The position numbers were made by a program, and so were the translations under genes. The notes under the pieces are model-generated. The model saw only the letters and a list, made by a program, of their open reading frames with translations. It had not been told where the DNA came from and searched no databases. Source: an uncultured virus (IMG/VR IMGVR_UViG_3300009285_007005) (Duplodnaviria; Heunggongvirae; Uroviricota; Caudoviricetes). Taken from it: a stretch of 20,000 bases of DNA. The stretch lies in the IMG/VR virus record IMGVR_UViG_3300009285_007005; one strand, 5' to 3'. Numbering within the stretch: the stretch's first letter is position 1; every line of letters begins with the position of its first letter. This document shows, in pieces, positions 1-7,741 of this stretch.

Positions 1-2
1 CG

Positions 3-170
3 GTTGCGGGCGGATCGCTCAAATGGCTCGATGACTTGCGTATGGAGGTCGTTGAACTCCGCAAGGACCGCGCGCGGCTGAAATATCTCCTGAGCGTTTC
101 AGACGAATTCGACACGATTGAAGAAATCGACGCCGCCATGGAATCAACCAGAGAGGGGAAACCGCGATGA
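3..170 (+). CDS. Partial (5'-truncated) phage hypothetical protein, Ead/Ea22-like C-terminus
   Basis: Open frame from the window edge: ...ELRKDRARLKYLL...EEIDAAMESTREGKPR*. The LRKD..R...L / IDAAM pattern resembles small phage accessory proteins. Its stop overlaps the next start (ATGA). Confidence 0.55.
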   Translation, partial: VAGGSLKWLDDLRMEVVELRKDRARLKYLLSVSDEFDTIEEIDAAMESTREGKPR

Positions 171-484
171 AAAAGCTTTGGTACGTGCTGGATAAAAAGG
201 GGTTTGTACGGGGGAGTGAAGCGACAAAAAGAAAAACACTTTCAGCTGCCTCAAGGTTGCCGCGCCAGCGCTCATTGCGGATTATGGATGTAATGACTTG
301 GTGGGCAGAAGCGGAAAAGCGCGGCTGGACCTGCGTGCCCGCCTTCCCGGTGCAAGCGCCGGAAAAAGAAATCCAATGCCACCGCGATCTCAAAAAGCAT
401 CCCGACTGCGACGTGGAGAACGCCCTGGTCTGCCTGTCTTGCCCCGAATCGAAACCCGCGAAGAAAAAGCGAGGCGCGAAATGA
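167..484 (+). CDS. Phage hypothetical protein (Cys-containing C-terminus)
   Basis: GAGGGG RBS and ATGA overlaps at both ends; 105 aa. Confidence 0.7.
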   Translation: MKKLWYVLDKKGFVRGSEATKRKTLSAASRLPRQRSLRIMDVMTWWAEAEKRGWTCVPAFPVQAPEKEIQCHRDLKKHPDCDVENALVCLSCPESKPAKKKRGAK

Positions 485-711
485 TCGATCTTGAGGCGGT
501 GAAAAAGCTGGCGGAAGAGGCGCTGGGTGATTCGGCTCTTCTGAAAAAACCTTACTGTAAATTAACCAGCCGTTCCGACGTGCCCTACCTCGCCAAAGCG
601 GTGAAGGACATGGCGGTGGAACTCGGTGAGAAGGATCGGGAGATCGCACGGTTGAAAAAACTTCTTTCCGAATATCGGGAAGACTTTGCGGCGAGGCACG
701 ATCATGATTGA
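481..711 (+). CDS. Phage hypothetical coiled-coil protein
   Basis: GAGG RBS and ATGA overlap at 481. MIDLEAVKKLAEEA...RSDVPYLAKAV...EIARLKK. This start is preferred over the ORF-track start at 298. Confidence 0.7.
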   Translation: MIDLEAVKKLAEEALGDSALLKKPYCKLTSRSDVPYLAKAVKDMAVELGEKDREIARLKKLLSEYREDFAARHDHD

Positions 712-928
712 CCTCGAAGGGCGGAAAATGAAACCAGAGACAAAACTTGTATGGAAGACGTTTGGATCGGGACGTATCAAAGTCACACTCCAGACATCCT
801 ATGTCTTCGCGCATGTCCTTGAGGACAAGGATGACACAATCACCCTGATCTATCCGAGCGAGGCGAGACGGCTGATTCGTCTTTTGACGCAGGCGTTAGA
901 TTGGCATGAGGGGAGGCTTAGGAAATGA
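704..928 (+). CDS. Phage hypothetical protein
   Basis: GAGG RBS before ATG 704; overlaps the upstream stop. Confidence 0.65.
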   Translation: MIDLEGRKMKPETKLVWKTFGSGRIKVTLQTSYVFAHVLEDKDDTITLIYPSEARRLIRLLTQALDWHEGRLRK

Positions 929-1002
929 TTCTCTGGCTTTCAATCGACATGCCCATGCTCGACGGTAAAGCGTGGGCGCAATTCCCGGAGGTGAAAACGT
1001 GA
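925..1002 (+). CDS. Small coupled ORF, 25 aa (MILWLSIDMPMLDGKAWAQFPEVKT)
   Basis: ATGA overlap with the upstream gene and GTGA overlap with the downstream gene; fills the gap exactly. Confidence 0.45.
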   Translation: MILWLSIDMPMLDGKAWAQFPEVKT

Positions 1003-1442
1003 AGCGCATCAACGAAACAGCTTTTTTGCATTGGCTTTTTGTGGGGCGTCGTGAACGGACATTTCTCGATTGGTACGCTGAAAACACGCGCTCTGCCAGG
1101 ATCGGACAATGGATGCTCGATTGGGATTTGCTTTCCTGGAAAAAGGTGTGGTCGCTTCTGAAGCGCATCCGCTACCGCTTTTGGGCCGCGTTGGCCTGGG
1201 CGCGTTTCCTAGATCGATTCACGAAACGCCGATACACCTGCGCCTTTCAAACGCGATGGTTCGGCGCACAGTATGAAGACGGCATCTGCCGTGGCGGGCG
1301 GATGTGGGATTTAGATTCCGACAACAATACAGGAGACGGCCTTCTTTATTCCGGCGGCGAGGATCGATGCCCTATTTGCAAAGGCGCTGGGAAAATCGGC
1401 CCGCATCTTTATTTTCTCGCACATGGACGGAAGCAACGATGA
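999..1442 (+). CDS. Phage hypothetical protein, Trp-rich with C-terminal CPICKG zinc knuckle
   Basis: GGAGG RBS before GTG 999; CxxCxG motif. Confidence 0.65.
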   Translation: MKRINETAFLHWLFVGRRERTFLDWYAENTRSARIGQWMLDWDLLSWKKVWSLLKRIRYRFWAALAWARFLDRFTKRRYTCAFQTRWFGAQYEDGICRGGRMWDLDSDNNTGDGLLYSGGEDRCPICKGAGKIGPHLYFLAHGRKQR

Positions 1443-1855
1443 CATGCTTGAACTCGAAAACGATGCAACGGGGCATAAAAAGCCTCGCGAGGAATTCTGA
1501 TATGACCGACCTCTTCGCACTCTTCGCACACTGCCGCGGCTGCCAGGCGTTCACGAAGGCCGGATGCTCCGAGGGCGTCTGGGCTACAAGGACGGTCTTC
1601 GAAAAGCCGCCGCCGACAACGCCCTGCGAGATGTGGGCCGAAAAGCCACGGAAGCCTCGGGACGACACAAAGGTCAAGGAGTATTGGGAGCGCTACCGGA
1701 AAGAGGCGAAGGCGGAGCGCGCGAGGCTATATAAGCGATTCAAGGCGAGCAACCTGTGCCGGTCGGCGTTCCGCGACGAGGAGCGGATCGGCTGGGACAA
1801 GCTGAAGCAGGCGATTGCGGAGAATGAGAAACCGACGGAAAGGATTGACGGATGA
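1439..1855 (+). CDS. Phage hypothetical protein with Cys cluster (CRGC..C..C)
   Basis: ATGA overlaps at 1439 and 1852; basic helical C-terminus. Confidence 0.6.
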   Translation: MTCLNSKTMQRGIKSLARNSDMTDLFALFAHCRGCQAFTKAGCSEGVWATRTVFEKPPPTTPCEMWAEKPRKPRDDTKVKEYWERYRKEAKAERARLYKRFKASNLCRSAFRDEERIGWDKLKQAIAENEKPTERIDG

Positions 1856-2883
1856 CCGAACAGGATTTGGAATACAAAGTTCACCCGTACACCGAAATTT
1901 TTCCTTTGATGACGGAAAAGGAACTTTTGGATTTGTCCATCGATATCAAGGATCACGGCTTGGAATTGCCGATCCTGAGACTTCCCGACGGCCGGATTAT
2001 CGACGGACGGAACCGCTTTCTTGCATGTAAACGTGCCGGCGTCACTCCCATTTTTAAGGATCTCCAGACCGGCGGGTCTGCAAAAGTTCTCCTGGCCAAG
2101 GTCGTCAGCTTGAATCTCCCCCGGCGGCATCTCACGGAATCGCAACGCGGCATGGTCGCGGCGAAGATTGCGAACATAAAGTTTGGCGACAATCAGTATC
2201 TCAGAAAGGGTACATCAACTGATGTACCCATAGTTTCCCAGACGAAGGCTGCTGAGATGCTTCAAGTGGGGAAAGCCACGGTTCAACGCGCTAAAACCGT
2301 TCTCACTTCCGGCACTCCCGAACTCCAAAATGCCGTCGAATCCGGCGCCATCTCAGTAAATGCCGCCTCCCGTGTCGCCGCCCTTCCTAAGAAGGATCAA
2401 CGCGAGATAGCCAGCTTCGGCGACGCCCGGAAGGCTGCGGGAGCACTGGAAAAGATTCGATCACAAGCCCCTTCCGCGGTGGTTCATCTACATGCCTGTA
2501 TGCTCTGCGGGGAATGCCGGCAAGTTCCTCTCGGAAAAAATGACGAGGACCGCAAGCCCCTCCTGCATTGTAGAAAAAAGCGATTCGAAGCCACCGAGCA
2601 GAGCAACCTTCCGGCGATCAACGTCTATCAAAACGGCACCTGCGATTGCCCGAAAGCCGATCTCGACGAGGACTATTTCCGGGAAGTCAAAACCGACTGC
2701 CAGATCAAGATGTCAACGCACCTGAGCGCGTCCATCATTTTCCCGGAAAAACTCCTTGTGAAAATCTACAAGCATCTCCCGATCTCGCCTTGTAAGGTCT
2801 ACTTCAAAGCCGAGCACCTATTGTGGCCTGAAAGGAAATCGAAGAGTGCGACGAAGCAAGGAGGCTGTGTTGTCCGGCGATGA
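1852..2883 (+). CDS. ParB/Srx N-terminal domain protein with HTH and C-terminal Cys-rich domain
   Basis: HPYTEIFPLM...L..DIK.HGL..PI...IIDGRNRFLAC (GxxRxxA box), NLPRRHLTESQR, HTH SQTKAAEMLQVGKATVQRAK, then CMLCGEC...CDC. Confidence 0.85.
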   Translation: MTEQDLEYKVHPYTEIFPLMTEKELLDLSIDIKDHGLELPILRLPDGRIIDGRNRFLACKRAGVTPIFKDLQTGGSAKVLLAKVVSLNLPRRHLTESQRGMVAAKIANIKFGDNQYLRKGTSTDVPIVSQTKAAEMLQVGKATVQRAKTVLTSGTPELQNAVESGAISVNAASRVAALPKKDQREIASFGDARKAAGALEKIRSQAPSAVVHLHACMLCGECRQVPLGKNDEDRKPLLHCRKKRFEATEQSNLPAINVYQNGTCDCPKADLDEDYFREVKTDCQIKMSTHLSASIIFPEKLLVKIYKHLPISPCKVYFKAEHLLWPERKSKSATKQGGCVVRR

Positions 2884-3562
2884 AGACCCCAAAGCCGTCG
2901 AAGCCCGGATGGATAAAAACGAAGAGCCGCCGCAGTGCAATTGGATCGATCAGACGAGCGGCCGGCGGTGCGTGGCCACGTCCCTGTTCGGTTATCTCAG
3001 GTGCGCGAAGCATCTTGTCGAGGAAAAGGCCGCTCCCGAACCGCCGCCGGAAATTACAACCGCCCTTGCCAAATTGCCGCCGGAAGGCACGAATCTGCCG
3101 GGACTCGCGATCCATTCGGCGCAACGGATGAGCCCGACGGAGCGGTACATCTACGATCTCACCCGCAAGGGCCTTGTGGAAGAGTACCCGGAATTGGATA
3201 AGGGCGCCGATGCGATGATGCTGCACCTGGTCTGCTTTCACTTCGCACGGTTCCAGAGCCTTCTTTTCTACGGCGGAAGGCCCCTGAGTCTGAAACGGAA
3301 GGGGAAGGAACAGCAGGTCGAAGAGCACGAGCATCGTGTCAGTGTAATTCTGAGTCAGTTGGGGATACGCCGCGATGTCCGGAAAAAAGTCGAGGCGCCG
3401 CCGAAGGGACGCGACCCGGCCAACCTTAACGTCCTCATCATGGAGGTCATGAAAGCGAAGGGCTCAGACGACGCTTTTTCTGGCAAGGTTCTTCCGGGCA
3501 GGGTTATCGACATGGAGGACGCCGAAATGCAAGAGGAAGACGAAAACGAGGGAGAGGAATGA
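2870..3562 (+). CDS. Possible terminase small subunit-like protein with N-terminal C-C-CxxH zinc finger
   Basis: AAGGAGG RBS at 2858-2864 favours a start at 2867 or 2870. C-x10-C-x10-CAKH finger, helical core ending ILSQLGIRRDVR (resembles P27-type TerS C-termini), acidic tail. No large subunit is adjacent, so the function is tentative. Confidence 0.45.
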   Translation: MSGDEDPKAVEARMDKNEEPPQCNWIDQTSGRRCVATSLFGYLRCAKHLVEEKAAPEPPPEITTALAKLPPEGTNLPGLAIHSAQRMSPTERYIYDLTRKGLVEEYPELDKGADAMMLHLVCFHFARFQSLLFYGGRPLSLKRKGKEQQVEEHEHRVSVILSQLGIRRDVRKKVEAPPKGRDPANLNVLIMEVMKAKGSDDAFSGKVLPGRVIDMEDAEMQEEDENEGEE

Positions 3563-3828
3563 GCGGAATCAGGTTTACGATTTCTCCGGGCACCTTGACG
3601 ATTCAGGTTGCTGAAAAATTACGTGAAGCCGTGGAATCCGGGGAATTCGCAGAAAAGATTGTCGAGGTGGTGCGCCGCGAAGTCCGGAAAGCCTTTCCGG
3701 GTTGGGAGTTCAAGGAGTGGTACGGCATTTTCAAAACGCCGGAGCGGGGCGGTTATTGGATGGTGGTTTCGGAATTCCCGGTCGGGCAAGCGGACCCGGA
3801 CGGGCATTTGAAGGAGGTGGAAAGATGA
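3559..3828 (+). CDS. Phage hypothetical protein
   Basis: GGAGAGG RBS and ATGA overlaps at both ends. Confidence 0.7.
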   Translation: MSGIRFTISPGTLTIQVAEKLREAVESGEFAEKIVEVVRREVRKAFPGWEFKEWYGIFKTPERGGYWMVVSEFPVGQADPDGHLKEVER

Positions 3829-4112
3829 CCAATCAAGAGGTTTTCAACCGAATCCGGGAAGCCCTCGACCTCCCCATCGCGGAAGTCGAGCGGCGGCTTG
3901 ATGAGTTCGAGCGGGACGACGTGCTGTTTCACCGGCTGCGGGAGTATGAGGGCGATTCGAGGCGGCTGCTCCTGGCTGTTTTGGAGCATCGTGGGATGCT
4001 CCTACGGTCTGAGTTTATCCGTGCTTTGGAGCAGGTTGTAAATCCGTTCATCATCCCTCCATCCCGGCCACCCGCAGCGCCACCGCCTCGCATGGGAGTG
4101 AAGTATGAATGA
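3825..4112 (+). CDS. Phage hypothetical protein
   Basis: AAGGAGG RBS and ATGA overlap at 3825 (MTNQEVFNRIREAL...). Confidence 0.7.
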   Translation: MTNQEVFNRIREALDLPIAEVERRLDEFERDDVLFHRLREYEGDSRRLLLAVLEHRGMLLRSEFIRALEQVVNPFIIPPSRPPAAPPPRMGVKYE

Positions 4113-4156
4113 TCCCCTTATAGTGCCATTCTATATAATGCTTCGCAATTATCCCC

Positions 4157-4185
4157 TTGACAAAGCAGACAAAAAGCCTTATATT
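4157..4185 (+). promoter_or_regulatory. Sigma70 promoter overlapping element A left TIR
   Basis: TTGACA (4157-4162), 17 bp spacer, TATATT (4180-4185); GAGGGG RBS before ATG 4211. Confidence 0.8.
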
Positions 4186-4210
4186 TTAGCTTAGAAAGAG
4201 GGGAAATGCA

Positions 4211-5116
4211 ATGAATCTGCTTGAAATAGGAAAAATGACCGAAAGCGAAGCCCGGAAACTTCTTGAGGGTATCCGATGGCCGAACAGTGTCCGTTGTGCT
4301 CATTGTGGTTCCGAGAAAGTGACCAAGCTTGAAGGCGACAAGCACCGCGACGGCGTTTACCAATGCAACGAAACAGCATGCCGCGAGCAGTTTACGGTGA
4401 CTGTCGGAACGATCCTGCACAAGTCGAAAATACCTCTCGTTAAATGGGTCATGGCTTTCCATCTTCTTTGCTCCAGTAAGAAAGGCATCAGCGCTCATCA
4501 GCTTTATCGACAGTTGGGGCTTGGGTCTTACAAAACGGCGTGGCATCTTTGCCACAGGATTCGTTGGGCTATGTGCAATGGGGAAGACAAGGTTTTGCTT
4601 GGATTGAATGGTGGAATCGTCGAAGCTGACGAAACCTACATCGGCGGAAAACCGCCAGAATATTTTTCCGAAACTGCTATCAGGTCCGCTAAAAATCTTG
4701 CCGATGCGGTGGGCACGACAGAGGATGACGACACAAGTTTAAAACTTTTGTTCAATCAATCGACAACCCAAATAACGCATCATATATCCGCGAATATAAT
4801 AGATATGTTCAAGGCGGCATATGAGGATTACGGCTCCATCGAAGGGCGCGTAAACCTAATTTCCGACAAGGGACAACTGAAATTCGATGTTCACGACGAC
4901 CTTTATGATAAAGATATTCATTGTATTGCAAAAGATGAGCATTTAGAAATATTTATGCAGGCATTCCGAAAACGAGTTGAAGTTTATGGAATGATTCGCT
5001 ATCGCCGCGACGGTGTTCCAAATAATATCGTTGTGGAAAGAGTTGAAATTTTCCCGGCCCCAGAGGATCTGCCAAGTTTTGATGATGTTAGGGGAATTTT
5101 AAGGGGATTGCTTTGA
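4211..5116 (+). pseudogene. Chimeric ORF: IS1595 transposase N-terminus (aa 1-148) fused in frame to the C-terminal part of a cargo protein
   Basis: Zn ribbon (CAHC...CNETAC), HTH (ISAHQLYRQLGLGSYKTAW) and VEADETYIGGK are present. The remaining DDE motifs are absent. After about 4654 the sequence resembles the 7734-8555 protein. Confidence 0.8.
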
Positions 5117-5289
5117 AAGATCGCATTTATTGGGATTCAGATTGTTTCTTGGGTTGGCTCCAAGGTGAGCCGGGAAAAGAGAAACTATGCCATGATACGA
5201 TAGAGAAAGCAAAAAAGAGAGAGGTACTAATTGTCACATCAGCCTTGACGCTGACTGAAGTTCTGGCGGTGAAAAAATTAAAAAAAATT
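5113..5289 (+). pseudogene. Truncated PIN/VapC-like nuclease (first 59 aa)
   Basis: RIYWDSDCFLGWL...VTSALTLTEV is a PIN N-terminal half. It is interrupted by the element B TIR at 5290; the ORF-track extension to 5451 is read-through into IS sequence. Confidence 0.8.
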
Positions 5290-5312
5290 GGCGATTATGC
5301 ACTTGACAAACC
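5290..5312 (+). repeat. Terminal inverted repeat of element B (cargo end)
   Basis: 22/23 inverted match to 9590-9612. Confidence 0.93.
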
Positions 5313-5355
5313 AAAGCCCGATTCCGGACTTTTCTGGCGCGATCCGCACCCGATC

Positions 5356-5520
5356 CTACCGGCCCGACTTCGCCGTCAACTTCCGACGAGCCGTTTTCCG
5401 GCGTGGCTTCGGTTTTGCGATCTTCACCTTGCGGATGGGCGGCACTCCTAGCGCCTGACTCATCATCGCGTCGAAGTCAGCCATGCTGATCCGCTTCTTG
5501 GGTGTCTCTTTCGGCGGCAT
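5356..5520 (-). CDS. Small basic protein, 54 aa (MPPKETPKKRISMADFDAMMSQALGVPP...), last ORF of element B
   Basis: Below the ORF-track cutoff. AGAGG RBS overlapping the MTase stop, ATG 5520, TAG 5358-5356; K/R-rich tail. Confidence 0.7.
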   Translation of the reverse strand: MPPKETPKKRISMADFDAMMSQALGVPPIRKVKIAKPKPRRKTARRKLTAKSGR

Positions 5521-5534
5521 TGCCAGTTTCCTCT

Positions 5535-7013
5535 CTACAGAAGATCGATTTGCTTGCCCGCATTCGCGGCGCGTTGAGCAGCCTTTAATACTTCAAGGCT
5601 CATCGGAATTTCTAAGCGCTTACCGTCCTCTACTATCTCGCGTATCGTAACGATTTCGATCTTGTCATAACTTCGGCCCATATCTTCATGTTTAAACTGC
5701 CCAGCAGATTTGGCTTCGGTATTCATCGGATTATTCTTCGGATTGCTGGGTTCTTCAAGTGTTATAAATACCGACAAGGCCGCGCCTACTCTTTCCATGT
5801 CGCCTCGAAGCGTTGCGATATCTCCGCGCTTTACCCCGCCGGATTTGACCTGGAAAATGATCTTTGCGTTGTCGCTTTTCCCAGTCTTAAAATATGCGAT
5901 ACCGTCAATCCCAGCATCGGCACCTTTCTTCTCGTTGATGACTGCTCGGTTGTTTGTATAAGTCAGAACGGCCCATTTTTCAAATTCCTTGCGCAGTCGA
6001 TCATCTTTCTTATGCGCCAGCGCAACGGCTGATTTCATGTCTTTGGGTATTCCGTCAATCGTGATCCCATCGATTATTTTTTTACCGTACGTTTTTTCAA
6101 GTCGCAGTAGAATGAGGGCGATGGACTGATAGGTTATATCCATTCCTATCCATTTCCGTTTAAGCCTTTCTGCGACGGCTATGGTGGTCCCACACCCGCA
6201 ATATGCGTCCAGAATCAATTCCCCTTCATTGCTAGATGCTTTGATGATGCGTTCCATAAGCGCCTCTGGCTTCTGCGTGGGATAACCAAGGCGCTCAAAA
6301 GAGGTCGGACTCAACAATGGTGTAATATCAGGCCACCAATCACTCATTACAGCACCTTCAGAGCGAAGTTCGTATTTTTCGTTCATTTCCTTCTTGCAAG
6401 TAGTCAATCCCCGCTCAAGGGTTCCGTCAGAATATGGTCGATATTGGGTGTTGAATTTGAAGTCCTTGCTTTTCGCGTAGAAAAAAATAATATCGTGCTT
6501 CTTCGCAAAATATTTCTTTGATACACCACCACTGGCATAACACCATACTATCTCATTTTTGAAAGTACCTCCCTGTGAACAAAATATACTATCTAAAACG
6601 ACTTTTAAGTAGTGACTTGCGGTTGGATCGCAATGTAGGTAAAAACTGCCAGTGACCCTAAGCACTCTTTGGATTTCAGTCACGCGGAGCGACATACTCA
6701 CGAGATAAGCCAGCAGGCTACCCTCGTGCAGTACCGAATGAAGACCTTTGATGAGATCAACCAGGGTAGGTTGAAAGCGTCCTTCGGTGTTGCACAAAAT
6801 CTCATCATAGCCAGCAACGGCGTGCTCATCCCAAACCCATGTGTCGATAAATGCCTGGGCTTGTGCGCGATCCTCGCCGCCAATGTTGTTGTAGATTTGA
6901 TTGTAGTTGCGCTTGGAATTAAAGGGAGGGTCTATGTAGCAGAGGTCAACCGTCTCATCCCGAATCTTGTTCCGAAGGATGTCTAAATTGTCGCCGTAGA
7001 AAAGCTTATTCAT
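5535..7013 (-). CDS. Beta-class N6/N4 DNA methyltransferase fused to C-terminal Mrr-like PD-(D/E)XK domain
   Basis: GDNL, YIDPPF (motif IV), YPTQKP, ILDAYCGCGTT (motif I); C-terminal FEKWA...DAGIDG...IIFQVKSG. Confidence 0.9.
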   Translation of the reverse strand: MNKLFYGDNLDILRNKIRDETVDLCYIDPPFNSKRNYNQIYNNIGGEDRAQAQAFIDTWVWDEHAVAGYDEILCNTEGRFQPTLVDLIKGLHSVLHEGSLLAYLVSMSLRVTEIQRVLRVTGSFYLHCDPTASHYLKVVLDSIFCSQGGTFKNEIVWCYASGGVSKKYFAKKHDIIFFYAKSKDFKFNTQYRPYSDGTLERGLTTCKKEMNEKYELRSEGAVMSDWWPDITPLLSPTSFERLGYPTQKPEALMERIIKASSNEGELILDAYCGCGTTIAVAERLKRKWIGMDITYQSIALILLRLEKTYGKKIIDGITIDGIPKDMKSAVALAHKKDDRLRKEFEKWAVLTYTNNRAVINEKKGADAGIDGIAYFKTGKSDNAKIIFQVKSGGVKRGDIATLRGDMERVGAALSVFITLEEPSNPKNNPMNTEAKSAGQFKHEDMGRSYDKIEIVTIREIVEDGKRLEIPMSLEVLKAAQRAANAGKQIDLL

Positions 7014-7741
7014 TTCTCAGGCTCCTGAATCGCTATTTTATCCGATACGAGTAGTTCAGGAGTTTCATTGATTTGCTCAGATTTTACCGGATCGGGGGTT
7101 GCCTCGCCTTCGGCGACCGATGAATTCTTGCCGTCGCCAAGAGTTTGTATGGAGGCTTCCTTTTTTTCCGTCGCCGGCGGCTCTGGTTGACCTGATTTGG
7201 TCGGATCTTGGCCATCAAACAAATCAGCAATGCGATATTTGTCCGGGATGTATGAGGTTTCACGAGGATTGATCACGAGAAGGTTGAATTTGCGAAGTTG
7301 TTCTTTCCTCTTTAAAATCCCCGGATCGGTAGTGGCGAATTCATTGCATTCTTTTCTAATGGCGGATGCGACATGGAGTCCGTCAGCCCCGCCCAAATTA
7401 ATGCCATGTTTCCATCGAAGATTGCGTGCTTCAATTGCCGCAAAATAATCAGCCTGAAGAAGAATGATAACCTCGCCGGAAGTGAGGACAGAATTTATAA
7501 CCCTTTGCGTCTCTTCGCTTGGCGGTGATCCCTCGTCATGGCAATGAAGGCACTCCGCAATTGTCAACGTGGACGTATACAGATCAATTTCGTGGTCTCT
7601 GGCGGCTTTCAACAGGTGCTGTATAGACCATAAATCCTTTTCCTTATCAGGATCAGGCGGCAGGGACTTTTTGTGCTCAATTTGCGTCATATAATCAATC
7701 AAGCAGCAGGTTTCAATATAAATCCGAGGATTTTTAGCCAT
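7010..7741 (-). CDS. PIN-domain (VapC-like) ribonuclease with C-terminal low-complexity tail
   Basis: RIYIETCCLID, TSTLTIAEC, GADGLHVASA, FATTD give the PIN acidic residue pattern; about 70-aa P/E/K-rich tail. Confidence 0.85.
   Translation of the reverse strand: MAKNPRIYIETCCLIDYMTQIEHKKSLPPDPDKEKDLWSIQHLLKAARDHEIDLYTSTLTIAECLHCHDEGSPPSEETQRVINSVLTSGEVIILLQADYFAAIEARNLRWKHGINLGGADGLHVASAIRKECNEFATTDPGILKRKEQLRKFNLLVINPRETSYIPDKYRIADLFDGQDPTKSGQPEPPATEKKEASIQTLGDGKNSSVAEGEATPDPVKSEQINETPELLVSDKIAIQEPEK

Larger units (their letters stand above)
4144..5289 (+). mobile_element. Defective IS1595-family element A (left end, internally deleted transposase, cargo remnants)
   Basis: Left end CGCAATTATCCCCTTGACAAAGC matches the element B transposase-end TIR at 19/23. 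The IS1595 transposase N-terminus follows. The element is cut off at the element B TIR and no right end is found. Confidence 0.85.

Noticed and set aside
5272..5289. AAAAAATT-AA-AAAAAATT as target-site duplication of element B
   Set aside because: Both copies are on the same side of the element, the sequence is low complexity, and it reads as in-frame KKLKKI. A scar cannot be excluded but is unsupported.
5113..5451. Full-length 112-aa gene
   Set aside because: After codon 59 it reads through the TIR and runs antisense to the 54-aa ORF; the second half of the PIN domain is missing.
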